64,000 nucleotides of DNA from the human T2T-CHM13v2.0 reference genome, Homo sapiens, in assembly GCF_009914755.1 (NCBI RefSeq), contig NC_060928.1, one strand, 5' to 3'. The position numbers and the translations under genes are program-made. Below the pieces are notes generated by a model that worked only from the letters and a program-made list of their open reading frames with translations, had not been told where the DNA came from and made no database searches. This document shows positions 50,957 through 64,000 of the stretch, in pieces. The stretch's first letter is position 1. Each line of letters begins with the position of its first letter.

Positions 50957-52893
50957 TTAAGGAGGTTGTTCTATATACAGCCAAGTAGCAGAAATATTCA
51001 TAAATGTCATTTGCAAATATAATAAACAATGTAATGAATGGGTATTTCCTTTCTTGTTAATTCTATGTGCTCAATTAAAAGCCCCTTATGTGAGTTTTAT
51101 AGCATTATGGTTGTCATTGTTACTTACACCACACCCAATTCCTGAAAATAAATTGAAGTTCTTTACAATAAAATCCCAAACTAGAAAACAAGAATCAAAG
51201 GCAAGGGTATATGCTAAAAGAAGGAAGAAGAGGGGAATGACTATATTGGAAAACCAAGGATAGTGGAAACTGCTCTAAATGAGCAAAAACAGCTCTGGGC
51301 TTTCCTGTAGTCATACATTAGAATGAACCCATTGTATATTACAAAGAATAACACTGGTTCATCAGATAAGAGAGACCTTTTTCTGCTGTCTTTGATAAAC
51401 TGTGCTAGGGAGCTTAATGAATGCATAGTGTCTCCGACAACAATTTTACAAACAAAATGACAGCTTTTTCACATGTAGTTTTTTCTTATATTGAGTCTCA
51501 ATAAAAGAGTAGTATATGTTTTATTCAACAGTTTATTTTCTCAAGACTACATAAAGAAATGAATGACCCTTTGTTAAAGTATCACTTGAGGTGACATTTA
51601 TGATCATATTATCACCAATTTTATAACAAAGATTTATGCATTGAGGTTTTATAGGTTAATAACCAAAAACTGTTCTGGACTTGGTATCCTCATTTTAGAA
51701 GAGGAATTCCAGGACAGTGGATGAACAGGAAGGTGGAAGGATCATCACACACTTTTAGCCTTGAGTTGGGCTTGAGTGGCACTGACTCACCGAGAAAGGC
51801 CAGGTCTGTGGATGGAGTGGGCACTGCAGAGGGTGGTCTCTTGCAATGGTATGGGCCTTGAGACCCAAAGATCCACTGATGTTGCCTCCTTCTCTGATGC
51901 CCTCCTTGAATCCCTCCCTGATCTGCAGTGCCCAGAGATGAGGGCATTGCTGCCAGTAGCCATTGTTAAACCATACGTATAGGGTTGGTGAGGAACAGGG
52001 GAGCAGGAAGCAAGGAAGGTGATTCCTTTAGCATTGTAAAATTTAGCTATTACTTAGAAAGTACAGAAAGGCTGTCTCTTAGAGAAGAGATGGTACTTGG
52101 CAGGTTGATGCCAACCTTTCAGGACTCTTCTGCTTAAGGGAGGATATGTTTTAATTCCATTCCCACCCTGCTTCCTGAATGAGATATACTATGGTCTTGA
52201 GATAGTGAGGTTGAAGACAAAGTCTTTCTAGTTAGCTCCTGATGGGGGCCATTACCTTCCTGCGACCTTAATGTGACTTGAATTTATTCTGTTGCACATC
52301 TCTGATGTCTATACAAATCTCAGTGGCTGCCAGAAGCTGATCAACTCTGTAAATCTTTATTTATTTTCAATATTGTTATCACTAGTGTTTGGCCTAAGAA
52401 GAGATGATGCATGGCATGGAATTTAAAAAGCCAAAATCCAGACGGGGAAATACCTACTCATTTCTGGGAATAATAAAATTTGGTACACCCTAACATATTT
52501 TAAAAATAGTTTTCTGTACTCTAGTTCACATTTCGGCTTTTAAAATTTCAATTCCAATTTTTCTATTTATGCACCTATCTACCCACCCATCCAGTTCACT
52601 CATTTATTCATCCATCCATCCATCCTGAATATTCTTCCATATATTTTACCTATTTTTTGCAGTGTCTCATCACATTTCCACTACAGCCCTTAATGTGGAA
52701 AATATAGAACATAAAGAGTGGAATGTTTTCTGGCATTTAACTTTCTAACCAGAATAGTAATATAGGCACAGAGGAGAAAAGAGACCATAAGTCATTTTGA
52801 AATAGGTGGTTAGGGAAAACAAAAAATTTTCTGCTGGAACTATACAAAAACACTGAAACTTTTCATTGAAGAATATATCCCCAGAAACATTCA

Positions 52894-53220
<327 letters not shown>

Positions 53221-55817
53221 TTATGACCCTGAGGAATTTACTTAGCTTCTTGGCCTTCTTGCCTCACTTGATTCTGGTAAGAATTAGATTAGATAAAGAA
53301 TATGAGTCCTTTTTTTTTTTTTTCCTTTACAGTGATGTCTTCCATAAGTGTATTGTTATATTTCCCCACCTTGTTATTGTGCGTTTCTCAGGCATTTACC
53401 GTAGCATTTCTCTGTTCTACTTTTTGTGCATTATTCTTTAGCTTCATGTAATCAGACTTGTCTTAGGCACTTAGACAAGTTAAAATTATTTGTGGTCATA
53501 AAGTTACAAATATTTCCATTAACTTCATAATTTTTTTTCTTGACTTTTAAAAGTACTGATAAGGAGCCAATTATTTTTAATAGAATATATACCTACTAAA
53601 CTTAACTTCTCAAACTCTAGGCATTTACAGATCCATTTGTATACGTCTCCTGGTCCAGAAAGTCTGACCCTTTGTCCCCAAACTTGAGTGAACCCTATGT
53701 GTTCTCACAGCACCAGGGACTTACTCTAGTGTAGCAGGACTTTTGGTACTTACATGTTTCTCCTAGACCATGTGTTACCTGTAGGACTATGTCTCATTCA
53801 TTTCAGTGTCCTCAGCACCTTAAGCCATGCCTAAGAAATATTTATTGAATGAACATTTGAATGACTCTTTCAAAACTGATTATTTTTGGGAATATATATT
53901 TCCATGTTCCCTGATACTATGGATTTGGGCAAAATGAACTATAATGAAATCCATCCTACTGATTTGTTTATTTCTACAATCGCTGCTCCCAATGTGACTT
54001 TCTGGGCCAAGATCACATGATCTTCTGACTGGCCTGCTACACACCCAGGTGAACAGCAACGATGTAGAAGTTCCCTCCCTAACAAATGGAGGAGCTTGGA
54101 GGTGTAGCAAGTCAAGGCCATGTATATAACTCCTCAGTATTAAATTTCAATGTAACCAGGAGTTTCCATTATTTTATGTTCTTGGAATTGGGGTCATTTT
54201 TGCAATATGCTTTAAAATAAAGTGGTGTATTATAACGAAGATTTTGAACCAAAACTCAAACAGCCTTTCATTCAAAAGGGCTGGAATACAGCCCCATCTT
54301 CTACAGAGGTATAGAATTCAGGGGCCATTGAGCCAGCACAGAAATGTCCACATTCTCTCTAATGTTCTTTTTCATTTTCAAAATCTCAATGCTGAAAAAC
54401 TTGCACACTGGCAGAACTGCTGCAGAGCAAGACTCAGATAACCCATCCTTGTTAATATGACTCATATTTGCCCATTTCTCACTAATATGACTCATGCTAA
54501 AATGGGCCATTAATAATACTCCCTGAAAAGCAAATTTAAAGGTGACTACATTTTAGATTATATATGCACACATGTACAACAATCCCTAAGGGCTTTTAAA
54601 GGTGGAGAGAGAAAACATTTCCATTTGCAAATGGCAGAAGGGGCTCTGTTCCAACATTTGAAAAATAAATCATATTTAAAACTAGGGCCAGACTTGGAAA
54701 ATTGCTACAAAGAATGAGTTTTTTGGGAAAGGTATCACAGTGAAAAAACCACTACAGAAATCCATATGGGGTATCTTTGTGTTTCTTCCCTTAAGATTTT
54801 AAGGCTTATGTATTGGAGTAAAGGCTCCTATTACTTTTGAGATGCATTTGGTCCTGGTTTTACTTTCAGGATTGAATAAGTGGAAACTGTCCAGATTAAA
54901 CAGAATTGAATCATAGGTACTGGACACCGAGGTATGACTGACTAAATTAAGTGGGCTTTAGGCAAAAGACAGATGGTTTAACCATCTCATAATGCCAGAG
55001 CTTTGAACTAACTGGGTACATAGCGATGACATTATTAAATTGATACTGTACTATAAAATAAAGATAAATGATACCCTTTTTTGTATTTAGGAAGAATTAA
55101 AATACTGATGATTGGCCAACCTAAGCCTAACTTTGGTATCCATAGCAAAAGTAGTGTCCATACATGTTCAGGCAACACAGGTTGATTTGTTCAGGGGTCT
55201 CGATGCCAGCATTTTTCAGCACATTGAGGCTTTCCTTAATGGTTACTGGAGTTCACATAGAATGCTGGTTTCCAGGCTCAGGCTGTCTGGTACCTATCAT
55301 ATGAAGATCCCTCAGCCAATGGATAGCTATTTGGGATAGAACTCATTGGTGGAGGAGCCCATGGTCCAAGAACAAATGTCCAAATTTTGGTCCCTGCTTT
55401 TGTAATCCAAGGTGTCTTGCTGCCTGTGGCTGTATCTTCTTCTAAAGACTGAAGCTGAGAAGAAGGCTTGGTTTCCTCCCTTGGCTGCCCCCAAGACTAC
55501 TGTTGCCACAGGTAGGTTCCTAGGATTATTTCTAGGCAAAGCACTCTTTGTATTTCTTGATCTGCTAAGATTCAGACCTTGGGCTCCACTTGGATAGTCT
55601 TAAGTTCCCCCCTGCACCTGATACTTCACTCTTTTTCTCACCTCCAAACCCCTTCTTTCCCTGATCTTTGTTGGCTATCTGCTCACTTATGACTTCAACC
55701 AATTTCCCCTGCCAGCACCCTGCTCAGATACTGCCTTCCTGTCTATGTGGCATTAACAGTCCTCTTTAGAAAGGAAATTACTGGAGGAGGAGGTTCACCT
55801 TAATTAGCAGTTCATTA

Positions 55818-56669
<852 letters not shown>

Positions 56670-56949
56670 TCATCTAACCTCCACATTGAGGAATCCTTTC
56701 ACAGGAATCGTTTTTATCCAGGGCTGGAGTTAAGAGGAAGCTTCAGAGGAAGCCTTTGAGTTTAATCCATAGATTGGCCCTTCCCTTTATTGTCCTGGAG
56801 ATTCTGATTCAGATCTCTGGAGTAAACCGAGGCATCTCTCCGTCATTTAAATCCCCATGTTTTTATTGGGTGCATGCTGAGCAATCACCATTAGAAGGCA
56901 ATGCATTTAGAACTTTACTTTGGGATATCTGCATCTTCCCGTACTGTGG

Positions 56950-58750
56950 ATAAGGAGTGGTTCTCAACATTGGCAGCATATTAGAATCCCTAGGAAGCTT
57001 TTTTTTTTCCAAAGAAAATTATTTTATAATAGTTTTAGATTTAAAGAAAAGATACAAAAATATTACAGAGATTGGCTATATACCACATATCTAGTTTCCC
57101 TATATTATTATTAGATTGATTTAAAGGAATTGGCCCACACATTTGTGGGCAAGTCAGAAATTTGCAGAGCAGGTTGGCAGGCCAGCAGGCTGGAAACTCT
57201 GGCAAGATTGATGTTGCAGTCTTGAGGTAGAACTCCTTTTTCTCTAGGAAGCCTCAGTTTTTGCTTTTAAGGCCTTCGACTGATTGGCTGAGGTCTATGT
57301 AGAATATTAAGGATAATCTCCTTCAGGTAAAGTCAATTGATTATAGATATTAATCATATCTGCAAAATACCTTTGCATCAACATGTAGACTAGTGATTTT
57401 GCCAAACAAGTTGGTAACATAGCCTAGGCAAACTGACTCTAAAATGTAATCATCACAACCTCGTTAAGGGAGGAGAATTTATATAAATTATGTGGAATTC
57501 TTTTGCACAGATTTGACTATTCTCTTCCACTTATTTATTTATTCAATCATTTATTTGATATCAATGTGGACTCATGGATATTTATGCTTTGGGTTATAAC
57601 CCAATACTACTACTATTACTATTTTGTTGCTCAAATTCCAGCTTTGGCCATTGGGAGCTCTTTCAGTTGGCTCCTGTGTCTCTTTGACATATCCCCAATC
57701 ACTGTGGAGTTCTTTTGTTTTGTTTTTAGCATTTTCTTGCTTTTGGTCACTACGAGATGCTCCAGGCTTATATTGTGTATTCTTTGCCCAGACCTATAAT
57801 GAGCCATTTCTTCAAGGAGTGCCAGTTCCTTTTATTGTAGAATGATATTAGAAAACAAGATCTGGACACTATGTATGTTCATTGTTGCTGGGGTGTCATT
57901 GCCCCTAGGACCTCTTAGCTGACAGAACAAGGAATTCATCTGTATATACTAACACACACACACAGATACACACACAAACACACACACACACACACACACA
58001 TACATATCTGTAAATATTTCTATATCTATCCATGTATATCTATATTAAGCTAAACAATTACAATTACAGAATACATGTATGGTGGTATCAAAATTGTTAA
58101 CCCATAGACTTGACAGCAATAACTTTATCAACTAGAGTACAGTGCTTATGACACAGTTTCTTTTGTTTTTAGTCTTATGATCTCCATTCATTTCAAAGTT
58201 ACTTAGGTCAGCACCTTTTTTCCCACCCCTTTCAATGACATTATTTCATACATTTGTAATATGGTTAGATTCTTTTGGCATGATCTGAATTCTACCCTTG
58301 GATTCTCTGACTTCCTAAATTATTTTTAAAATTTGCATAAATTTAAGGTTCACACTTTCTATGGATTTTGAGAAATGTATAGTGTTATATATCCACCATT
58401 ATCGTATCACACAGAAGAGTTTCACCACTCTACATTTCCTGTGCTTCACCTATTCAACCACGCTCCTTCCCTAAAGCCTTGGCAACCATGGATCTGTTTA
58501 GCAACTCTATAGTTGCGCCTTTTCTAAAATGTCAGATAAATGCAGTCATACAGGATGGAGTCTTTTCAGACTGGCTTCTCACACTCAGCAACATGCATTT
58601 AAGATTCACCCCATGGTTTTGGATGGCTTAATAGCTCATTCCTTTCCTAAGGAGTTTTTTTTGTTTGTTTTTTTTTTTTTTTTTTTGAAGCAGATGCACT
58701 GGATCTACTCCCAGAGATTCTGATTTACTTGCTTTGGTGTGGGGCTTAGG
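56950..58750. mobile_element. Nested old repeats: MER5-like ends, L1MC-like fragment, MLT2-type LTR (~57110-57457), (CA)n at ~57950-58000
   Basis: AGTGGTTCTCAACATTGGCAGCATATTAGAATC at the left and CCCAGAGATTCTGATTT at the right; GATTTAAAGGAATTGGCCCACAC is MLT2-like. Boundaries are approximate. Confidence 0.55.
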
Positions 58751-59377
58751 CACTGATACGGGAATGGAGACTGTATGTCCTTACCTCAGTCACAAGCACA
58801 TGCACAAGTGTCTGTGGACACACACACACACACCCCTTATTAATCCAAATCACTGGTGGCTGTACCAATGGCTTGAGGCAGTGGTTTTTATAGATTTGGT
58901 CGCTGGAATAAACAGACAGGATGACAAAATGTTAAGAACTGGTCGGGTTGGATCAGGTGAGAAGTTTCCCAAAAGCTGGTGCTTAAAGACTTGGTTGTCT
59001 TGCCAGGTAAAGTCTCTTCTTCTTGGTCCACTTGAGAACAGCCACATATAATTCTAATCTTCCTTTTCTGTCCATAAACACAAGAGGTTTTGGGAATTTT
59101 CCAAGGGGTATAACTTCTGTTTTTTCTTGGAGAAACTGGGAATAAAAATACTCCTTCCTGTGCTCACATTAAACCTTATAAGAAAGGCAGTTGTATTGTA
59201 CCAGCATTTCACCACAGAATTTGGGCTGCAGGCTTTAGGAAAAGAGTAAGATAGAGCCTATGGTGGAGGGGATGGACAATTGCTGTGGGGAGGAAGTCAA
59301 GGTCATAGCCACTTAGGTCCTGCTCCAGAAATGGAGGGAGCAGTCCAGAAGTTCACCCTTTTCTTGCTACTTACACT

Positions 59378-59815
59378 GTTTTTTTCTTTTTTTAAAAAAA
59401 TTAAATTTAATTTAAAATTCCAGGATACACATGCAGGTTTGTTGCATAGGTAAACATGTACCATGGTGGTTTGCTGCACCTGTCAACCCATCAGCTAGGT
59501 ACTAAGACCCACATGCATTAGCTATTTTTCCTGATGCTCTCCCTCCCGCTCCCGATAGGCCCCAGTGTGTGTTGTTCCCCTCTCTGTGTCCATGTGTTCT
59601 CATTGTTCAGCTCCCATGTACAAGTGAGAATAGGCAGTCTTCGGTTTTCTGTTCCTGTGTTAGTTTGCTGAGGATAATGGCTTCCAGCTCCATCCAAGTC
59701 CCTGCAAAGGACATTATCTCATTCTTTATTATGGCTGCATAGTATTCCATGGTGTATACGTACCACACTTTCTTTTTCCAGTCTATCATTGATGGGTTGT
59801 TTCCATGTCTTTGCT
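59378..59815 (-). mobile_element. L1PA 3' fragment (older primate subfamily)
   Basis: Antisense L1 3'UTR and ORF2 tail MIDWKKKVWYVYTMEYYAAI..WMELEAIILSKL. Confidence 0.87.
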
Positions 59816-60596
59816 TTACACTGATTTTTCTACTTCACATCTGGCTGTGTACCAGGAGACACATGTAGAGGACAGAGATGTGGAATTCTTGAAACTACTA
59901 AGTCATCCCTAGAGCCTTTAGTTTGTAAGTTTTTAAGATATGCAAGAGTCAGACATAGATAAATGCCCCTGATATCTGAATCAGGAATACATCTAACTCC
60001 AAAGTATGTCCATTCTGAATTTTAGTCTTAAAAGAGTTCAAAAAAAGAAAAGAAAAACAACTGTTAGGGATTAAAAAAATTCTAGGTAACAGTATAGAGT
60101 CAGAATACATCTAGCATACTTTTTATATCTTCTTCTTCTTCAGATGCTATATAATGTGACTGGTATTTATAATAAGTATTACCCAGATGCACTGTTGATT
60201 CTGAACTGTTTTATACATCATCAGATATAGTTTTTATTTGCATTAGGCAGGGTTTCAGACAGAGCTGAAAGGTTTTAGTTATTGTTAATGTTTTACTAAT
60301 CCTTAAATGTTGGCAATTGGAGTATGCTAGATACAATAACATAAATAATTTGCATATTTTATTTTAAAAGATGCCTTATTGCACAAGTATTCTATATACA
60401 TAAGTCATGTATTTTCCAATTAATTAACAAAGAATTTTTTGATGAAAGGAGAATCCAGGGAGCAATTGGTCTAGGTGAACCAAAAGAGTTCCAAAGGAAA
60501 CAATAATCAGTATATGGAGAAAGACTTATTTGTTTCTGAAAATGGATGCAGACATGTAAGATGAGACCATTTCTCTTTGTGTCATACATGGTTTCA

Positions 60597-60824
<228 letters not shown>

Positions 60825-62914
60825 CTAAGAGAACCTTGTGGGTATTTTTTTTTTCATTTATGTGTTTGATTTTTCTTTTTTAAATGAAATAATTTAAAAT
60901 CCTCTGAATTTCCCTCAAATTGTAGCACTCAGTGCCAACTGGACAAAGGAATTCTTGAGATAGCCTTCAAGTGCTTCTTAGGACTGCAGTGCCTAGACAA
61001 GCTGACTCTGACCAGTGGTTTCAGGCTCAGCTATACGTAGGCCTCAGCAGCTTGTAACAGTTTCCATCTCCAGGCCACACCCCAGGTAACTCCAATGGGC
61101 AGCTAACATTAAGAACCACTAGAGCAATAGTTCTTAGCCCTAAACATATATTAGAATCACCTGGGAAGATTTAAAAGCACATTAACATATGGGCCCACCA
61201 CCAAGGACTGGAGTTTAGTTAATCCGGGTTGGGGTCTGGACAGCAGTATTTTTAAAGAGCTTGTTAAGTGATTGATTCTTTAACACAGCAAGGATTGAGT
61301 ATGTCTGCTGTAGAATTTAGATTTTTATAAAATACTTTCTAATGATCTTTCCTAACAAGTGCTTGAGATAGATATTATCACCACCACTTTACATGTGAAA
61401 ACATGGAGACTTAGAAAACATTATTTGCTTGACACAAAAATTGGTACATCACAAAGCCACAAATCAAGCTCACATCTTGAAGCCCTTGATTACCATGCCA
61501 GAGTTGCTATGTATTAACTGAAAAAAACTTTTTGTAAGTTAAATCATATTTCAATTATACCAGGATTCTTTGTGATCATCCCCCCAGCCAGTTTTTTTTT
61601 TTCTTAAGGGAAAGATCTCTTTTAAAAGTGAATAATTTGCCATAAATTTAATTTATGAATCTAAATAATTGCACATTTGGTTTGCTCTATCTATAAAACA
61701 ATCTCAAATATCAGTGGTGACCCTTGGTGGTTCTGATTGATTCAGGGAAGGGAGGAAAATGTGAACAAGAGTTGGGTAGTCTCTCTCTAAAACCTATTTC
61801 TGTTTTCTGTTCATTGCAGGAAGAAATGGTGAAGGCAGACAGCTTTGTAGATTTAGAAGGTACAGATTTTTGGGTGATATGAACTGAGGCTTCCAACACA
61901 GGTGGTAGCTTCATCCTTTCAAGATTTGTCTGGGTATATCTGAGAATTAGGACAGTGGGGGAAGTGAAGAGTATCTTTCCTCCATGTCCAGGGAAATATG
62001 TATCAATAATTTTATTGATAAAAAGTACAGTAACACACTTGTGGCTCCCTAGGAAAAAAGCTTAATACAATGATAATCATCAAGTAGTGAAAAAAAATAG
62101 TTCCTTTTCTAAAGGGTTAAGTTTTTGGTATGCCTTACTGTAGGAAAATTCATGAATAAGGATCTTGAAATCTTATGAGGTAATAATCTGGGAACAGCTA
62201 TCGTTCCCAGTGATTTCAAAAAAATCCTTATGAGTATTTTTATGTTCACTAAAATAAACCAGTATAGACAGTATGTTAAAAAAGACATTACAGTGTCTTT
62301 CTATATCCTAACCTAGCAATAATAGATTTGTACAATTACTTTCTACCGCTTTCCTGCTAGAAAATGTTAGGTGCTCCTGCTCCAAAAGTTTTATGAAATG
62401 CTTATAAAATCAGATTGCTATGCTGCCATAGGAAAAGCCCTTTCACCCAGGGCTGACTCTCCATCTGATTGCCTTCCCTGTTTTCTGAGTAAAGGGTTGA
62501 TGATCTCTCCTTTTCAATTTCTGTTACGGTCCCAGAAGTTTAGAGTAACTTTGATGTGAGAGCTATTCTGGGGGATTTGTATTTGAGCTGCTTTCCATAG
62601 CTGTGTGGTATGTCTTCAGTCCCCTTTCCAGGACACAGGCTGGTTACTCAGCCTCAGTCGTGTCCCTGAGAATGCCATCCACAGCATGTCTCAGCAACCA
62701 CCTTAAGTGGGAGCACAGCTGTTGGTCAAAGATGTGGTTATCCCTACTTCCTTTATCTCTCCCTAGACTTTCTTGCTGTTTTATACCTTTACTTGTCTTT
62801 CAATTGCTTTTTTAAAACTCCCCATCTATTAAACAATAGATATTGACATGTTTTCTATCCTTCAAATCTTTTTTATTTATTTGGTTTCCCAGCTTTATTT
62901 TTTTCCAATTAAAA

Positions 62915-63040
62915 TTATTTTTGAGACGAGGTCTGGCCATGTTGACCAGGCTGGTCTTGAACTCCTGGCCTCAAGCAATCCTCCCACCTCTGCCTCCCAA
63001 GTAGCTGGGATTACAGGCATGAGCCACGGCGCCCAGCCTC
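62915..63040 (-). mobile_element. Alu monomer (FLAM-like)
   Basis: TTTTTGAGACGAGGTCTGGCCATGTTGACCAGGCTGG...GGCGCCCAGCC. Confidence 0.8.
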
Positions 63041-63782
63041 TTACAATTTCGAAGCACTCACTTTTTCCTCCTTTTCCAAGTATCCCCAACACAAGGCATT
63101 TCATGACTATCAGAAACCAAATTCAAGAGAGAAGTGCTGTCCAATGTAAATACAACCACAAATATAATTTTAAATTTTCTGGTAGGTGCATTTAATAAGT
63201 CAAAAAAAAAAACACAACAAAAAACAGGTGAAATTAATCTCACCAATATATTTAAATACTATCATTTCAAAATGTAATTGATATGAAAATGTTTTTTGTG
63301 TAAGTCTTTGAAATTCAGTATGTATTTTACACTTAGAGTACATCTTATTTCATATTTTAGGTGTTCAGTAGTCACATGAGCTAGTGGCTACTATACTGGA
63401 CAACATAATTCTAGAGGTTTTAGATAAGAAGATATATATAAAAGGAGATCTAGGTACTTGAGAATTTTGTAGAAGAGAAATTAGTTCAGTAAGAATTACT
63501 CTAGCACAATTGTAGGTCCACTGTTAATAGCAATCTTTTAAATTTGCAGACCAAATATAAATTCTCCTTAAAGCTCCTAATTTTAAAAAATTATTTTGTA
63601 GGGTGCTTCTTTCTTCCCTTTCTATTGGTTTTCCCCAGAGAAGACTACGTGTGGATATCTACTATAAAACATGTGTGCATGGAAAATTGTAGGGCCAGAT
63701 GCTTCTGGATTAAGAGAACATGACCAGGTGAGTGCGCCAAGCAAGTGCTTGGAGATATTAATGTCTTAATTGGAGATACTTA

Positions 63783-63998
<216 letters not shown>

Positions 63999-64000
63999 CA

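Overview
Human (or great-ape) genomic DNA, recognisable as the TLR2 locus on 4q31.3. From left to right: the 3' end of a WDR45 (WIPI4) processed pseudogene (1-495); a repeat-rich block (MER1B, a GGT/GAT tandem array, a full-length THE1A, Alus, an L1, MLT2A1); a decayed TLR2 paralogue that can be traced over its whole length (~18400-21062) and shows mosaic gene conversion with TLR2; the TLR2 CpG-island promoter, non-coding exon 1 (23-bp deletion allele), non-coding exon 2 and the single coding exon (CDS 43364-45718, 784 aa); and the last five coding exons of RNF175 on the minus strand. Main observations: (1) TLR2 exon 2 runs exactly from the end of an ERV1 LTR, through a primer-binding site, to a retroviral-type splice donor, and most of intron 2 is the rest of that provirus with a HERV-K(HML-3) provirus nested inside it; (2) RNF175 has two consecutive minor-spliceosome (U12) introns, one with rare AT-AG ends; (3) an L1 with a ~200-bp 3' transduction sits on the pseudogene's stop codon; (4) the haplotype carries several non-reference TLR2 alleles. 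There are no prokaryotic systems or CRISPR arrays. Repeat subfamily names, variant IDs and reference alleles are from memory, not from a database search; identity figures are by-eye counts.
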